This document shows positions 1 through 13,238 of a stretch of 64,000 nucleotides of DNA, piece after piece. Numbering within the stretch: position 1 is the stretch's first letter; each line of letters opens with the position of its first letter. Origin of the DNA: Eledone cirrhosa (Eukaryota); assembly GCA_964016885.1 (NCBI GenBank), contig OZ024743.1, positions 160,766,001-160,830,000 on the forward strand, in the 5' to 3' direction. Below the pieces are notes generated by a model that ran no database searches, was not told where the DNA came from, and saw only the letters and a list, made by a program, of their open reading frames with translations. The translations under genes were made by a program, and so were the position numbers.

Positions 1-106
1 TGGAGGTCTAATCCGTTTGAAAAGTCGATTCATAGTTTAGGAACCAAGCGGCACTATTTTCCCAGCGTTGAAGGGATTTCAGTTCTTCTCTGTTGCAGTC
101 ACCTTT

Positions 107-709
107 CTATAATTTAGAGATCTTCTCTACCTTGGGGCCTTCGATCTTATTGTTGATTTCCAGGAGGATCTCTTCATCGATGGTTTTGATTTTTTCCTCA
201 TTTGTCTGGGCCCTCAATTTAAGAAGTTCAATTTCTGTCTTCATTTTTTCCAATGCCATTCTTTCCTTAAGGTGTCTTTGAGGTTCGGGTTCATTTGGAA
301 TGGACTTTATTTGTATTTTACGGGGGAGAGTTAGAGGGGTTGAGTTAAACCATTTTTCATATATCTCCACTTTGTTGTGATTTTGTATCATCTTCCAGAA
401 TGAGAACTTTCTGTCTCTGATGGATTTGTTCCATTTTGGAATTGTTCGAATTTTTATTTTGTATGAATCAATCTCACATGGTTCTTCGTTGGTTTTTCCT
501 GGGTTGGTAGTAGTGAACATAGTTTGGATAGTATCGCAAAGGTTTTGAAGTTTATCGCCGATTTCGGAGGGTTTGTATCCGGTGACGGTTTCCTCATTTG
601 TGGAGTCAAGTTTGTCGACCAGCACAGATAGGTTGGTGTTAATTTTCTTGAGCTCCTGTAGAATCTCTTCATTTGTGTTGCTACGAGTTGTATCTGTTTT
701 TGTTGGCAT
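107..709 (-). pseudogene. N-terminal, coiled-coil-like part of the Penelope-like ORF (MPTKTD...), interrupted by a stop
   Basis: ORF 107..763 with ATG at 709, directly downstream of the pseudo-LTR. Confidence 0.5.
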
Positions 710-890
710 TTTCTGTATCTCGTGTGAGGATATGATATTTAAAAGAATAGAGGTGTAACACACGAGTTATGATATATTGGTAAAAGGAAAAGAAAATGGT
801 GACAAATTGTTCCCAGTGAAAAGTAGTTTAATTAGGAATAAGTAAAAATTAGTAATAAGTATTGGTTAGTATTCAGTTTTGGTTTTAAGT

Positions 891-926
891 TTTTACCGGT
901 TGCGCATTTCTAATGCTTTTCAAAAA
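891..926 (-). ncRNA. Hammerhead-like motif with variant core (UUGAAAA ... GCAA)
   Basis: uuu-UUGAAAA-GCAUU aga AAUGC-GCAA-CCGG-UA-aaa. A second copy at 18324-18359 has core UUGAAAG. Confidence 0.4.
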
Positions 927-1085
927 TAATTTTGAGATAGAGCACCCGCTATGTTTTCTCTAATCTGATTAGTTTTGGAAATTCTACCTGTTTTATGTGA
1001 AAAAAGTGGCTCCAGATGTATTAAAATAAGTTTCGCGCCAAATCGTGTGTCGCAAAAATTCTTGTGGTCAAAACAATTTTGATTG

Positions 1086-1149
<64 letters not shown>

Positions 1150-1845
1150 TTATTTATTTATTTATACTATATATACATATATTTAGGGAGTGTGAAAAGG
1201 ACTACTCTCATTGCTTACAGCTCTTGGGCATATTGCAACTCTGATATATTGTATCAACATTATATAAACGCAATTCAACACTACAAGCTGTTTAGAACAC
1301 GAAATATATGTGTATGAGACTACATATTTGATACAGTCTAATCATAGTTGTATGAATAATTAGTCATATAGGCAGATGGTACATCACATATTGTTGTAGA
1401 CTCTAACAACTTTACTGCTCCTTGTAGTTGCTATCAGCCAATATTACCAAGTAGCAGAGACAGTCTTCTGGTATCTCTTTATATTTTCTAAATAGCTTAT
1501 AATTTATTGAATTTATTTCGCATATGTGAAGACTCTTAAGTTTAAATATGACGGCAAGCAGTAGTGTAATCCTCTTAACTGCCAAACGCGGGAGATTATA
1601 TACATTTATAGAGTTGTTTTAATATCTGTTAAAATTGGATATATAAAACTAATGGTAAATCATATAAAACACTGTTAATTTTCTCTCTTCATTTCTTTTC
1701 CTTTCAATCGTTATATGGTGTCGTATGGAAAACTGGAATAAAACCATATTCCCTGGAGGCATTCGATTTCGTGATAGCTAATCTTCTCGTAGCTGGCAAA
1801 TTTTTACAGGACTTTATAATGCGCTTTATATATATGTATGTTTCA

Positions 1846-1921
<76 letters not shown>

Positions 1922-1944
1922 GGGGGGGTTATATGCATACATTC

Positions 1945-1977
<33 letters not shown>

Positions 1978-1979
<2 letters not shown>

Positions 1980-4089
1980 CTGCTTGATATCAGGAGAGGT
2001 ACCAGAGTGGTTGACAAAAGGTACCACAGTTCTGATAATGAAAGACCGAATCAAGGGTAATGATGTTACCAACTATAGACCTATCACATGTCTGTCCGTA
2101 ATGTGGAAACTGTGTCTGAGGAAATCTACCATCACCTCCACACAAACAACTTGTTACCAGACGAACAGAAAGGATGCCGAAAGAAGTCACGTGGTACAAA
2201 GGACCAGCTACTTATTGATAAGATGGTAATGGGGAATTGCAGGAGGAGAGACACTGATCTTGCCATGGGATGGATAGACTACAGAAAGGCATTTGACATG
2301 GTGCCTCATTCTTGGAACACCAAAAGCCTGGAGATCTTCAAGGTGGCAGATAACATCAGACAGTTGTTGGGCAAGAGTATGAGGTCCTGGAAAACAGAGT
2401 TGACATCAACTGGAGAATCCTTGGGAAGCGTGAAGATCAAGAGAGGTATCTTCCAGGGAGATGGCCTGTCCCCTCTGTTGTTTGTCCTTGCCCTGATGCC
2501 CCTGACCAGTGTACTGCGAAAAGTGAGAGCAGGATACGGGTTGGGAAAGTAAGGGCTTACTATCAATCACCTCCTCTTCATGGACGATCTTAAGCTCTTC
2601 GGGAAGAGTGAGAAGGAGTTGGATGTGCTTGTTGACACTGTCCGTATTTTCAGCAGTGATATATGTATGCAGTTTGGTATTAGTAAGTGTGGAGTCATTG
2701 TGATGAGGAGGGGTAGGTTGAGCAGAAGTAACGGAATCCAGATACCAACAGGTGAGATGATAAAGGAAATTGACTCTGAGGAAGGATACAAGTATTTGGG
2801 CGTTCTGGCGGCTGATGGCATAAAGAACAAAAAAATGAAGGAATTGTTAAGAACTGAATACATTCGGAGAGTAAGGAGCGTATTGAAGTCACATCTGAAC
2901 AGCAGAAATGCCATAAGCGCAGTAAATTCCCGAGCTGTGTCTATTATTAGGTACAGTGCGGGAATTCTGAGATGGAATGTTGCTGAACAAAAAGAAATGG
3001 ATAGGAAGACTAGGAAGCTATTGACTATCTACAACATGTTCCACAAGAGGCGTGATGTCGATAGACTCTACCTAAGGAGATCTGAGGGTGGAAGAGGTCT
3101 TATCAGCATAGCGGACTGTGTTCAGATGGAGAAAAACAACCTACACAAATACGTGACTGATAGTAAGGAGCCAATGCTCAGAACTGTACTGAAGGAGGGG
3201 ACAATAGGCCAGCGGATGTCCAAGGAGGAAATAACATCAAGGAGAAAGAGCAGCCTTCAGGAAAAATCCCTTCATAGTACCTTCTTTGAGAAAACTGAAT
3301 TTAGATATCCACAGACATGGAACTGGTTGAGAAGAGGAGACCTTAAAAAGGCTACAGAAGGAATGTTAATGGCTGCGCAGGAGCAGGCCCTCAAAACGAA
3401 ATGGTTGAAACATCATATTTACAAGGAGGAGGCTAGCCCACTGTGCAGGATCTGTGGAGAGAGAGAGGAGACTGTGGCTCACATTGTATCCGAGTGTAAA
3501 CACCTAGCCCAGACCCACTATAAGGGCTGGAGACATGATGTGATGGGCAGGGTGATCCACTGGCACCTGTGCAAAGTAAACAATTTACCACATTCTGAGA
3601 AATGGTATGAGCATAAGCCAGAGGCGGTGATGGAGAACGATCAAGTGAAGGTGCTGTGGGATTTTAGGATACAGACGGACAAGAAACTGGAACACAATAG
3701 ACCTGACCTGGTGGTTGTGGACAAAGAAAAATGATCGTGTCTGATTGTGGATGTGGCCTGCCCATTCGACACGAGAGTGCAGGAGAAGGAGAGGGAGAAA
3801 ATTAACCGATACCAGGACTTAAAGTGGGAGGTAAAAAGGATTTGGAACTGCCATGAAGTCAAAGTGATCCCGATTGTCATAGGCGCACTGGGGACTATCT
3901 CCAAACGTTTCCAGGGATGGTTAAAGAAAATCGGCCCCTTCACGCTTTTGGGAACGCTTCAAAAGGCATGCTTGCTGGGAACAGCAAGAACCCTCCGATA
4001 CGTCCTGAATATCTGAGGCTGCAGGTAGTGGCTTGATATTCATTCCAACGGACTTTCCAGTTAACCAACATCAATGACTGAGACTCAAG

Positions 4090-4090
<1 letters not shown>
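1978..4090 (+). mobile_element. R4/Dong-clade non-LTR retrotransposon (RT + CCHC + RLE), 5'-truncated copy 1, disrupted
   Basis: Motifs GIFQGD, LFMDDLKL, CRIC..ETVAHIVSEC, RHD and PDLVV..DVACP..K. It has stops and a frameshift and is flanked by (AAT)n. Confidence 0.92.
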
Positions 4091-4133
<43 letters not shown>

Positions 4134-4145
4134 TTAATAATAATA

Positions 4146-5896
4146 CAGGGTGGCAGATAACATCAGACAGTTGCTGGGCAGGAGTATGGGGTCCTGGGAG
4201 ACAGAGTTGACATCAACTGGAGTATCCTTGGGAAGCGTGAAGATCAAGAGAGGTATCTTCCAGGGAGATAGCCTGTCCCCTCTGTTGTTTGTCTTTGCCC
4301 TGATGCCCTTGACCATTATGCTGCGAAAAGTGAGAGCAGGATACAAGTTGGGAAAGGGAGAACTTACCATCAATCACCTCCTCTTCATGGACGATCTTAA
4401 GCTCTTCGGGAAAAGTGAGAAGGAGTTGGATGTGCTTGTTGACACTGTCCGTATTTTCAGCAGTGATATATGTATGCAGTTTGGTATTAGTAAATGTGGA
4501 GTCATTGTGATGAAGAGGGGTAGGTTGAGCAGAAGTAACGGGATCCAGATACCAACAGGTGAGATGATAAAGGAAATTGACTCTGAGGAAGGATACAAGT
4601 ATTTGGGCGTTCTGGAGGCTGATGGCATAAAGAACAAAAAAATGAAGGAATTGTTAAGAACTGAATACATTCGGAGAATAAGGAGCGTATTGAAGTCACA
4701 TCTGAACAGCAGAAATGCCATAAGCGCAGTAAATTCCCGAGCTGTGTCTATTATTAGGTACAGTGCGGGAATTCTGAGATGGAATGTTGCTGAACAAAAA
4801 GAAATGGATAGGAAGACTAGGAAGCTATTGACTATCTACAACATGTTCCACAAGAGGAGTGATGTCGATAGACTCTACCTAAGGAGATCTGAGGGTGGAA
4901 GAGGTATTATCAGCATAGAGGACTGTGTTCAGATGGAGAAAAACAACCTATACAAATACGTGACCTATAGTAAGGAGCCAATGCTCAGAACTGTACTGAA
5001 GGAGGGGACAGTAGGCCAGGGGATGTCCAAGGAGGAAATAACATCAAGGAGGAAGAGCAGCCTTAAGGGAAAATCCCTTCATAGTACCTTCTTTGAGAAA
5101 ACTGAATTTAGAGATCCACAGACATGGAACTGGTTGAGAAGAGGAGACCTCAAAAAGGCTACAGAAGGAATGCTAATGGCTGCGCAGGAGCAGGCCCTCA
5201 AAACGAAGTGGTTGAAGCACCATATTTACAAGGAGGAGGCTAGCCCACTGTGCAGGATCTGTGGAGAGAGAGAGGAGACTGTGGCTCACATTGTATCCGA
5301 GTGTAAACACCTAGCCCAGACCCACTATAAGGGCTGGAGACATGATGTGATGGGCAGGGTGATCCACTGGCACCTGTGCAAAGTAAACAATTTACCACAT
5401 TCTGAGAAATGGTATGAGCATAAGCCAGAGGCGGTGATGGAGAACGATCAAGTGAAGGTGCTGTGGGATTTTAGGATACAGACGGACAAAAAACTGGAAC
5501 ACAATAGACCTGACCTGGTGGTTGTGGACAAAGAAAAATGATCGTGTCTGATTGTGGATGTGGCCTGCCCATTCGACACGAGAGTGCAGGAGAAGGAGAG
5601 GGAGAAAATTAACCGATACCAGGACTTAAAGTGGGAGGTAAAAAGGATTTGGAACTGCCATGAAGTCAAAGTGATCCCGATTGTCATAGGCGCACTGGGG
5701 ACTATCTCCAAACGTTTCCAGGGATGGTTAAAGAAAATCGGCCCCTTCACGCTTTTGGGAACGCTTCAAAAGGCATGCTTGCTGGGAACAGCAAGAACCC
5801 TCCGATACGTCCTGAATATCTGAGGCTGCAGGTAGTGGCTTGATATTCATTCCAACGGACTTTCCAGTTAACCAACATCAATGACTGAGACTCAAG

Positions 5897-5897
<1 letters not shown>
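4146..5897 (+). mobile_element. R4/Dong-clade element, copy 2 (chimera of copies 3 and 1)
   Basis: ORFs 4150..5541 and 5554..5823 are split by the same TGA seen in copy 1. Flanks are (AAT)n. Confidence 0.92.
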
Positions 5898-5940
<43 letters not shown>

Positions 5941-5952
5941 TTAATAATAATA

Positions 5953-7704
5953 CAGGGTGGCAGATAACATCAGACAGTTGCTGGGCAGGAGTATGGGGTC
6001 CTGGGAGACAGAGTTGACATCAACTGGAGTATCCTTGGGAAGCGTGAAGATCAAGAGAGGTATCTTCCAGGGAGATAGCCTGTCCCCTCTGTTGTTTGTC
6101 TTTGCCCTGATGCCCTTGACCATTATGCTGCGAAAAGTGAGAGCAGGATACAAGTTGGGAAAGGGAGAACTTACCATCAATCACCTCCTCTTCATGGACG
6201 ATCTTAAGCTCTTCGGGAAAAGTGAGAAGGAGTTGGATGTGCTTGTTGACACTGTCCGTATTTTCAGCAGTGATATATGTATGCAGTTTGGTATTAGTAA
6301 ATGTGGAGTCATTGTGATGAAGAGGGGTAGGTTGAGCAGAAGTAACGGGATCCAGATACCAACAGGTGAGATGATAAAGGAAATTGACTCTGAGGAAGGA
6401 TACAAGTATTTGGGCGTTCTGGAGGCTGATGGCATAAAGAACAAAAAAATGAAGGAATTGTTAAGAACTGAATACATTCGGAGAATAAGGAGCGTATTGA
6501 AGTCACATCTGAACAGCAGAAATGCCATAAGCGCAGTAAATTCCCGAGCTGTGTCTATTATTAGGTACAGTGCGGGAATTCTGAGATGGAATGTTGCTGA
6601 ACAAAAAGAAATGGATAGGAAGACTAGGAAGCTATTGACTATCTACAACATGTTCCACAAGAGGAGTGATGTCGATAGACTCTACCTAAGGAGATCTGAG
6701 GGTGGAAGAGGTATTATCAGCATAGAGGACTGTGTTCAGATGGAGAAAAACAACCTATACAAATACGTGACCTATAGTAAGGAGCCAATGCTCAGAACTG
6801 TACTGAAGGAGGGGACAGTAGGCCAGGGGATGTCCAAGGAGGAAATAACATCAAGGAGGAAGAGCAGCCTTAAGGGAAAATCCCTTCATAGTACCTTCTT
6901 TGAGAAAACTGAATTTAGAGATCCACAGACATGGAACTGGTTGAGAAGAGGAGACCTCAAAAAGGCTACAGAAGGAATGCTAATGGCTGCGCAGGAGCAG
7001 GCCCTCAAAACGAAGTGGTTGAAGCACCATATTTACAAGGAGGAGGCTAGCCCACTGTGCAGGATCTGTGGAGAGAGAGAGAAGACTGTGGCTCACATTG
7101 TGTCCGAGTGTAAACACCTAGCCCAGACCCACTATAAGGGCTGGAGACACGATGTGATGGGCAGGGTGATCCACTGGCACCTGTGCAAAGTAAACAATTT
7201 ACCACACTCTGAGAAATGGTATGAGCATAGGCCAGAGGCGGTGATGGATAACAATCGGGTGAAGGTGCTGTGGGATTTTAGGATACAGACGGACAAAAAA
7301 CTGGAACACAATAGACCTGACCTGGTGGTTGTGGACAAAGAAAAAAGATCGTGTCTGATTGTGGATGTGGCCTGCCCGTTCGACACGAGAGTGCAAGAGA
7401 AGGAGAGGGAGAAAATTAACCGATACCAGGACCTAAAGTGGGAGGTGAAAAGGATTTGGAACTGCCATGAAGTCAAAGTGATCCCGATTGTCATAGGCGC
7501 ACTGGGGACTATCTCCAAAAGTTTCCAGGGATGGTTAAAGAAAATCGGCCCCGTCACGCTTTTTGGAACTCTTCAGAAGGCATGCTTGCTGGGAACAGCA
7601 AGAACCCTCCGATACGTCCTGAATATCTGAGGCTGCAGGTAGTGGCTTGATATTCATTCCAACGGACTTTCCAGTTAACCAACATCAATGACTGAGATTC
7701 AAGG
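5953..7704 (+). mobile_element. R4/Dong-clade element, copy 3
   Basis: Offset 1807 bp from copy 2, with (AAT)n flanks. Confidence 0.92.
5957..7630 (+). CDS. Uninterrupted C-terminal part of the Dong/R4 ORF: RT domains 4-7, thumb, CCHC zinc knuckle and restriction-like endonuclease (5'-truncated)
   Basis: 557-aa open frame with FMDD, CxxC..H..C, RHD and PD-(D/E)xK motifs. Confidence 0.85.
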   Translation: MADNIRQLLGRSMGSWETELTSTGVSLGSVKIKRGIFQGDSLSPLLFVFALMPLTIMLRKVRAGYKLGKGELTINHLLFMDDLKLFGKSEKELDVLVDTVRIFSSDICMQFGISKCGVIVMKRGRLSRSNGIQIPTGEMIKEIDSEEGYKYLGVLEADGIKNKKMKELLRTEYIRRIRSVLKSHLNSRNAISAVNSRAVSIIRYSAGILRWNVAEQKEMDRKTRKLLTIYNMFHKRSDVDRLYLRRSEGGRGIISIEDCVQMEKNNLYKYVTYSKEPMLRTVLKEGTVGQGMSKEEITSRRKSSLKGKSLHSTFFEKTEFRDPQTWNWLRRGDLKKATEGMLMAAQEQALKTKWLKHHIYKEEASPLCRICGEREKTVAHIVSECKHLAQTHYKGWRHDVMGRVIHWHLCKVNNLPHSEKWYEHRPEAVMDNNRVKVLWDFRIQTDKKLEHNRPDLVVVDKEKRSCLIVDVACPFDTRVQEKEREKINRYQDLKWEVKRIWNCHEVKVIPIVIGALGTISKSFQGWLKKIGPVTLFGTLQKACLLGTARTLRYVLNI

Positions 7705-7742
7705 AATAACAACAACAATAATAATAATAATAATAATTAATA

Positions 7743-9510
7743 ACCAAAAGCCTAGAGATCTTCAGGGTGGCAGATAACATCAGACAGTTGTTGAGCAAAA
7801 GTATGAAGTCCTGGAAAACAGAGTTATCATCGGGCGGAGAATCCTTGGGAGGCGTGAAGATCAAGAGAGGTATCTTCCAGGGAGATAGCTTGTCTCCTCT
7901 GTTGTTTGTCCTGGCCCTGATCCCCCTGACCAGTGTACTGCGAAAAGTGAGAGTAGGATACAAGTTGGGAAATGGAGAACTTACCATCATTCACTTCCTC
8001 TTCATGGACGATCATAAGCTCTTCGGGAAGAGTGAGAAGCAGTTGGATGTGCTTGTTGACACTGTCCGTATTTTCAGCAATGATATATGTATGCAATTTG
8101 ATATTAGTAAGTGTGGAGTCCTTGTGATGAAGAGGGGTAAATTGAGCAGAAGCAACGGAATCCAGGTACGAACAGGTGAGATGATAAAGGACATTGATAC
8201 TGAAGAAGGATACAAATATTTAGGTGTTCTGGAGGCTGATGACATCAAGAACAAAAAAATGAAGGAATTGATAAGAACTGAATACATTCGGAGAATAAGG
8301 AGCGTATTGAAGTCACATCTGAACAGTAGGAATGCCATAAGTGCAGTAAATTCCCGAGCTGTGTCTATTATTAGGTACAGTGCCGGAATTCTGAGATGGA
8401 ATGTTGCTGAACAAAAAGAAATGGATAGAAAGACTAGGAAGTTATTGACTATCTACAACATGTTCCACAAGAGGAGTGATGTCGATAGATTCTACTTAAG
8501 GAGATCTGAAGGTGGAAGAGGTCTTATCAGCATAGAGAGCTGTGTTCAGATGGAGAAAAACAACCTACGCGAATACGTGACTGATAGTAGGGAGCCAATG
8601 CTCAGAATTGTACAGAAGGAGAGGACAATAGACTAGGAGATGTCCAAGGATGAAATAACAAGAAGGAAGAGCAACCTTCAGGAAAAATCGTTTCATAGTA
8701 CCTTCTTTGAGAAAACTGAATTTAGAGATCCCCAGACATGGAACTGGTTGAAAAGCCGAGACCTTAAAAATGCTACAGAAGGAATGCTAATGGCTGCGCA
8801 AGAGCAGGCCCTCAAAACGAAGTGGCTGAAACATCATATTTACAAGGAGGAGGCTAGCCCACTGTGCAGTATCTGTGGAGAGAGAGAGGAGACTGTGGCT
8901 CACATTGTATCCGAGTGTAAACACCTAGCCCAGACTCACTATAAAGGCTGGAGACATGATGTGATGTGCAGGGTGATCTACTGGGACCTATGCAAAGTAA
9001 ACAATTTACCATATTCTGAGAAGTGGTATGAGTATAAGCCAGAGTCGGTGATGGAAAATGATCAAGTGAAGGTGCTGTGGGATTTTAGGATACAGACGGA
9101 CAAGAAACTCGAACACAATAGACCTGACCTGGTGGCTTTGGACAAGGGAAAAAGATCGCGCCTGATTGTGGATGTGGCCTGCCCATTCGACACGAGAGTG
9201 CAAGAGAAGGAGAGGGAGAAAATTAACCGATACCAGGACTTAAAGTGGGAAGTAAAAAGGATTTGGAACTGCCATGAGGTCAAAGTGGTCCCGATTGTCA
9301 TAGGCTCACTAGGTACTATCTCAAAGAGTTTCCAAGGATGGTTAAAGAAAATTGGTCCCGCCCCGCTTTTTGGAACACTTCAAAAGACATGCTTGCTGGG
9401 AACAGCAAGAACCCTCCGATACGTCCTAAATATCAGAGGCTGCAGGTAGTGACTTGATATTCATTTCAACAAACTTTCCAGTTAACCAACATCAATGACT
9501 GAGACTCAAA

Positions 9511-9511
<1 letters not shown>
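7743..9511 (+). mobile_element. R4/Dong-clade element, copy 4, more diverged
   Basis: ORFs 7767..8636 and 8640..9449, the same 3'UTR and an (AAT)n tail. Confidence 0.92.
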
Positions 9512-9545
<34 letters not shown>

Positions 9546-9786
9546 TTTTCTTTATTAACCACAAGGGTTCACATAAAGTAGACATTAAGGACAGTACAGG
9601 ACAATACAGGACGGTACAAATGGGCATTTCTGCGTGTAAAAAAACAGAGGTTGAAATAAAATAACAAAGAAAAATTCCCCAATATGGGGGAGACTTCCGA
9701 GGGACATCTGTGGAGAAAGCCCATTAAAAGACCACAGTGGCCCTGACCAACAGAGCAAGTGCCCTTCCCAGTTTTCCACCTTTAAT

Positions 9787-12700
9787 TTACAGACACATAC
9801 TCAGAGAAGGCCCATTCATTCGGGCCATACTTGCTTCTCTCACCCATCTTTCAACAAAATGCTGGGAAGACAGCACTTCCCTCTCTACCCTGATTTTCCT
9901 TTTCAAATGAAATTGAAAAAGTTAATCAGAGCATCACCGAAGAGGTAAGTGCGCGTCTTCAGCCCTTTCAAACGTGTCCACCATACTATCCCTTTCGCCA
10001 TGGCCACCAGACAGATAAAAACTGCCTGCCCTTCCCGGCTAAAGGAAGGGGGCGGGGCAATCCTCACGATGGACTCAGCTGATAGCTGGATCCGTCCTAC
10101 ACGTGACAGCAGGTGTTCGACATAAACCCACAAGTCAGTAATGCTCAGACACTGGACGAATGCGTGCAGGACGGTTTCGTCGCCCTGTGCGCATCTCGGA
10201 TATGCCCGGCTGACGGTACCTCCATGCCTGTAGAGTTTATCCCGAACTGGCAAAGCTCCTCGGTAGCACTGCCAGGCCAGGGATTTCTGGAAGTTGTCCA
10301 TAGGCCCCGGCCCGAAAGTCCTTCCGAAGAGATTGGCTAGTTGATTTTCATCGACGCCTAGAGTTTCTCCAAGTACGTCGTCGCTCTTCCCCTCCACTAA
10401 TCCCCTATAGAACGCCAAGGTGGAGTTTCCACCGATCACATTGCCCGATTGGTCGAGGGCTGTGAGCGCCTGAAGACATTCCAGCCTCCAAGCGCTCCCT
10501 CTCGGTCTTCGCTTGACCCAGGACTGCAGTTCCGTCAAGGAGACGAGCTGGGGAAAAACGTGTCTAGCAAACGGCGACCACACCTGATCACCGTCGAGGA
10601 AGAGGTGGAGATGTCGTAGCCTGAGCGCGTGTCTGCGCATCATCAGCCACGGAATGCCCAGCCCTCCACGTAGCGGGTGTTGACAGCAGATGGACCGCCT
10701 GACTATCGGAGCGCGTCCCTTCCACAAGAAGCGAAAGAGCAAACGCTCCAGCGCAGTCAGGCGGGGCTTAGGACAAGGTACGACGGTCAGGCAGTAGTAG
10801 ATGACGGATGCGATGTACGCATTCGCCACCTCCGCTCGACCTTTCAGGGATAGCTTCCTCTCGGCCCATTTCTGGGTGAGAGAAGCCACCCTGCTCGTCA
10901 ATTCGTCCCAGTTTTTGTCCGTCTGGAGGTCTGGACCGAACCAGACCCCTAGCAATTTAACCGGTCCGTCCGTCCAGCGCCCGACGACGCTGTTGGACGG
11001 CATGGACCTGCCTCTCCAGGTGCCGAGCTGCAGGCCCACTGACTTTTCCTGGTTGATCATTGCTCCTGTCACCGCTTCGTATTCTCTTAGTGTAGTGCCG
11101 ATCGCCTCGATGTGTTTGGCGTTCGACACCACTACGGTGACATCGTCCGCATATGCTGACACGGATCTTCCGCATCCTAGTTCACGCGGGACCCCCTCAA
11201 CGTCTCCAGTTTGTGCAGTAATGGCTCGAGAGTCAATACGTACAATTGGGACGAGAGGGGACATCCTTGGCGGACCGAGCGCATGATGTTGAACGGTTCC
11301 GAAAGGTGACCGTTCACTCTCACTACAGAGCAGATGTCGCTGTGCATGGCAGCGATCCAGCCTCTGATAACGGGCCCAAAGCCAGCCGCACGCAGGACTG
11401 CCGCTAGGTAACGATGGTCGACCCTATCGAAGGCTTTCGATTGATCTAAATTGATCAAAGACCCACCCTTGCCAGGTTCCCTAGCTACCCTCTCTACGAT
11501 GTATCGCATGAGGTGGAGGTTGTCGTGGATAGATCTGTCGGGAATGGCGCATGTCTGTGCCTCTCCCACCATACCACCAACGACAAGCGCCAACCTCTTT
11601 GCTAGCACCTTGGCCAAAATCTTGAACTCTGTGTTTAGCAGAGTTATGGGCCTAAAATTATCTATGTTATCCCCCTTGTTCGGATCCTTTCTCAGCAGCG
11701 CCACCGCTCCTCGGCTCACAGAGCTGGGAATTCTCCCGTTCTGTTGCCAGTTGCAGTAGACGTCCGCCAAGAGGCCTCCGAACAAGTTTGGCATTGTTAC
11801 GTAAAGTTCATAGGGCAGACCATCCAAACCAGGCGATTTACCCCTTGTGCAACTAGTCATTGCATCCCGTACTTCAGCGGTTGTTATCGGCTTTTCGCAA
11901 CACTCCGCCTCAGTGGCCGAAAGCCGCAGCAGTCCGTCGAGGTAGACACTAAATTCCATCCCTCGATACGGCCCGCCACTGCTCCCGAACAGTTGAGCGA
12001 AGTGTCTTTGAAAAGCTTCACACATTTGCCCGGGATCGAGTAGCATGCGCCCGTCGTGGTCCACCAAAGACCGGATCGTGGCTTTGTTGCCACGACGCGC
12101 CTCCGCCACTCGGGCCCATTGAACGGCTTTCGTCCCCTCGTGTCTGAGAGCACGCACCCTAGCTCTGGCAACGCAGCCTTCGTGATTTGCATTGAAGAAT
12201 TGGTCAAGGGCCAATTTCGCCGCAAGTACGTCGGTCGCGATGCCTTTGCTAAGCGCCTCATCTAATTTTCTAACTAGTTCTCCATCTGCTCTATTTTTCT
12301 CTATTGCTAAAGTCTTACTAAACCTAATGGACTCTATTCTAATTGCTCTTTTCAGAGCAAACCACCACTTGTTGTTGACGATGGCCCCCGTCAACGCCCG
12401 CTTAACTAGTTCGCTAATCCGGTCTCTGTAGGCCTTGCGCGCTGGTAAGGACGCGTTTAGCTTCCAGTAGCCGGGTCCTCGCCTATGAAGCCTCTCTAAG
12501 TCAAGCACACAGATCACGAATTTGTGGTCCGTGTAGCTGACTATCTTGAATTGTGGACAGCCTATGCTAGACCTATCTATTTCCCTACAAAATACTCTAT
12601 CTAGATATGATCTGGATGACCCTATGCGATTTGTCCAAGTCCACATTGGTACATTCGGGAAATCCATTCGGTACCTGTCAGACAGTTCAAAACGTCTGAG

Positions 12701-13204
12701 CAGGTTGGTGAGACTCTTGCACCCTCCTTCCCTATCCACCAATGCCACACAATCCCAGCGTGCATCTAAGATCCCGTTCCAATCGCCCACTAACACTAAA
12801 GAGCGGGACGTTCCAAGAAAGGTCTCCAGACGCCGGAAGAAATCAGGCCGCCCTGCTCCTGTCGGGGCATAGACGGCCACTAACCTGAAAGCTTGCCCGT
12901 TTCCGCTGGTCACGTCCAGCACCACCAACTTACCTTCTGGGTCCAGAAAGATGGCCCGTATGGCAAGATCCAAACCTCTCCGAAAAAGCACAGCAACTCC
13001 TCCACCCGATCCCGGACGGCTGGGAGATGCGTACACATCGTAGCCGCCGAAGATCGGTGCGAAAGCCTGTGCTTCGGAGATTCTGGTCTCGCTGATGGCC
13101 ACTACATCTATGTTTAGTGACCTGAGGTCGTTGAGCAGGTGGCCCTGCTTCCATGACGACCCCAAGCCACGCGCATTTATGCTGCCTATTCTGAGTGAGG
13201 TCAT
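9787..13204 (-). pseudogene. Tx1 ORF2 (APE endonuclease + RT + C-terminal zinc finger), frameshifted near 11200 and 9905
   Basis: Motifs SINARGL, GDWN, YLDR, YTDH, KSPGLDG, RQGCPLS, AYADD and ETVLHAFVQC across ORFs 11177..13204 and 9903..11264. Confidence 0.88.
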
Positions 13205-13238
13205 GTTGAAAAGGAGTGGAAAAGATGGGAAAGACCAC

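Larger units (their letters stand above)
1..1089 (-). mobile_element. 5' part of a Penelope-like element (family A): pseudo-LTR 780-1089 leading into an N-terminal ORF
   Basis: 780-1089 is near-identical to 18213-18555, the 3' end of an RT/GIY-YIG element. It starts at a (TA)n tract. Confidence 0.7.
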
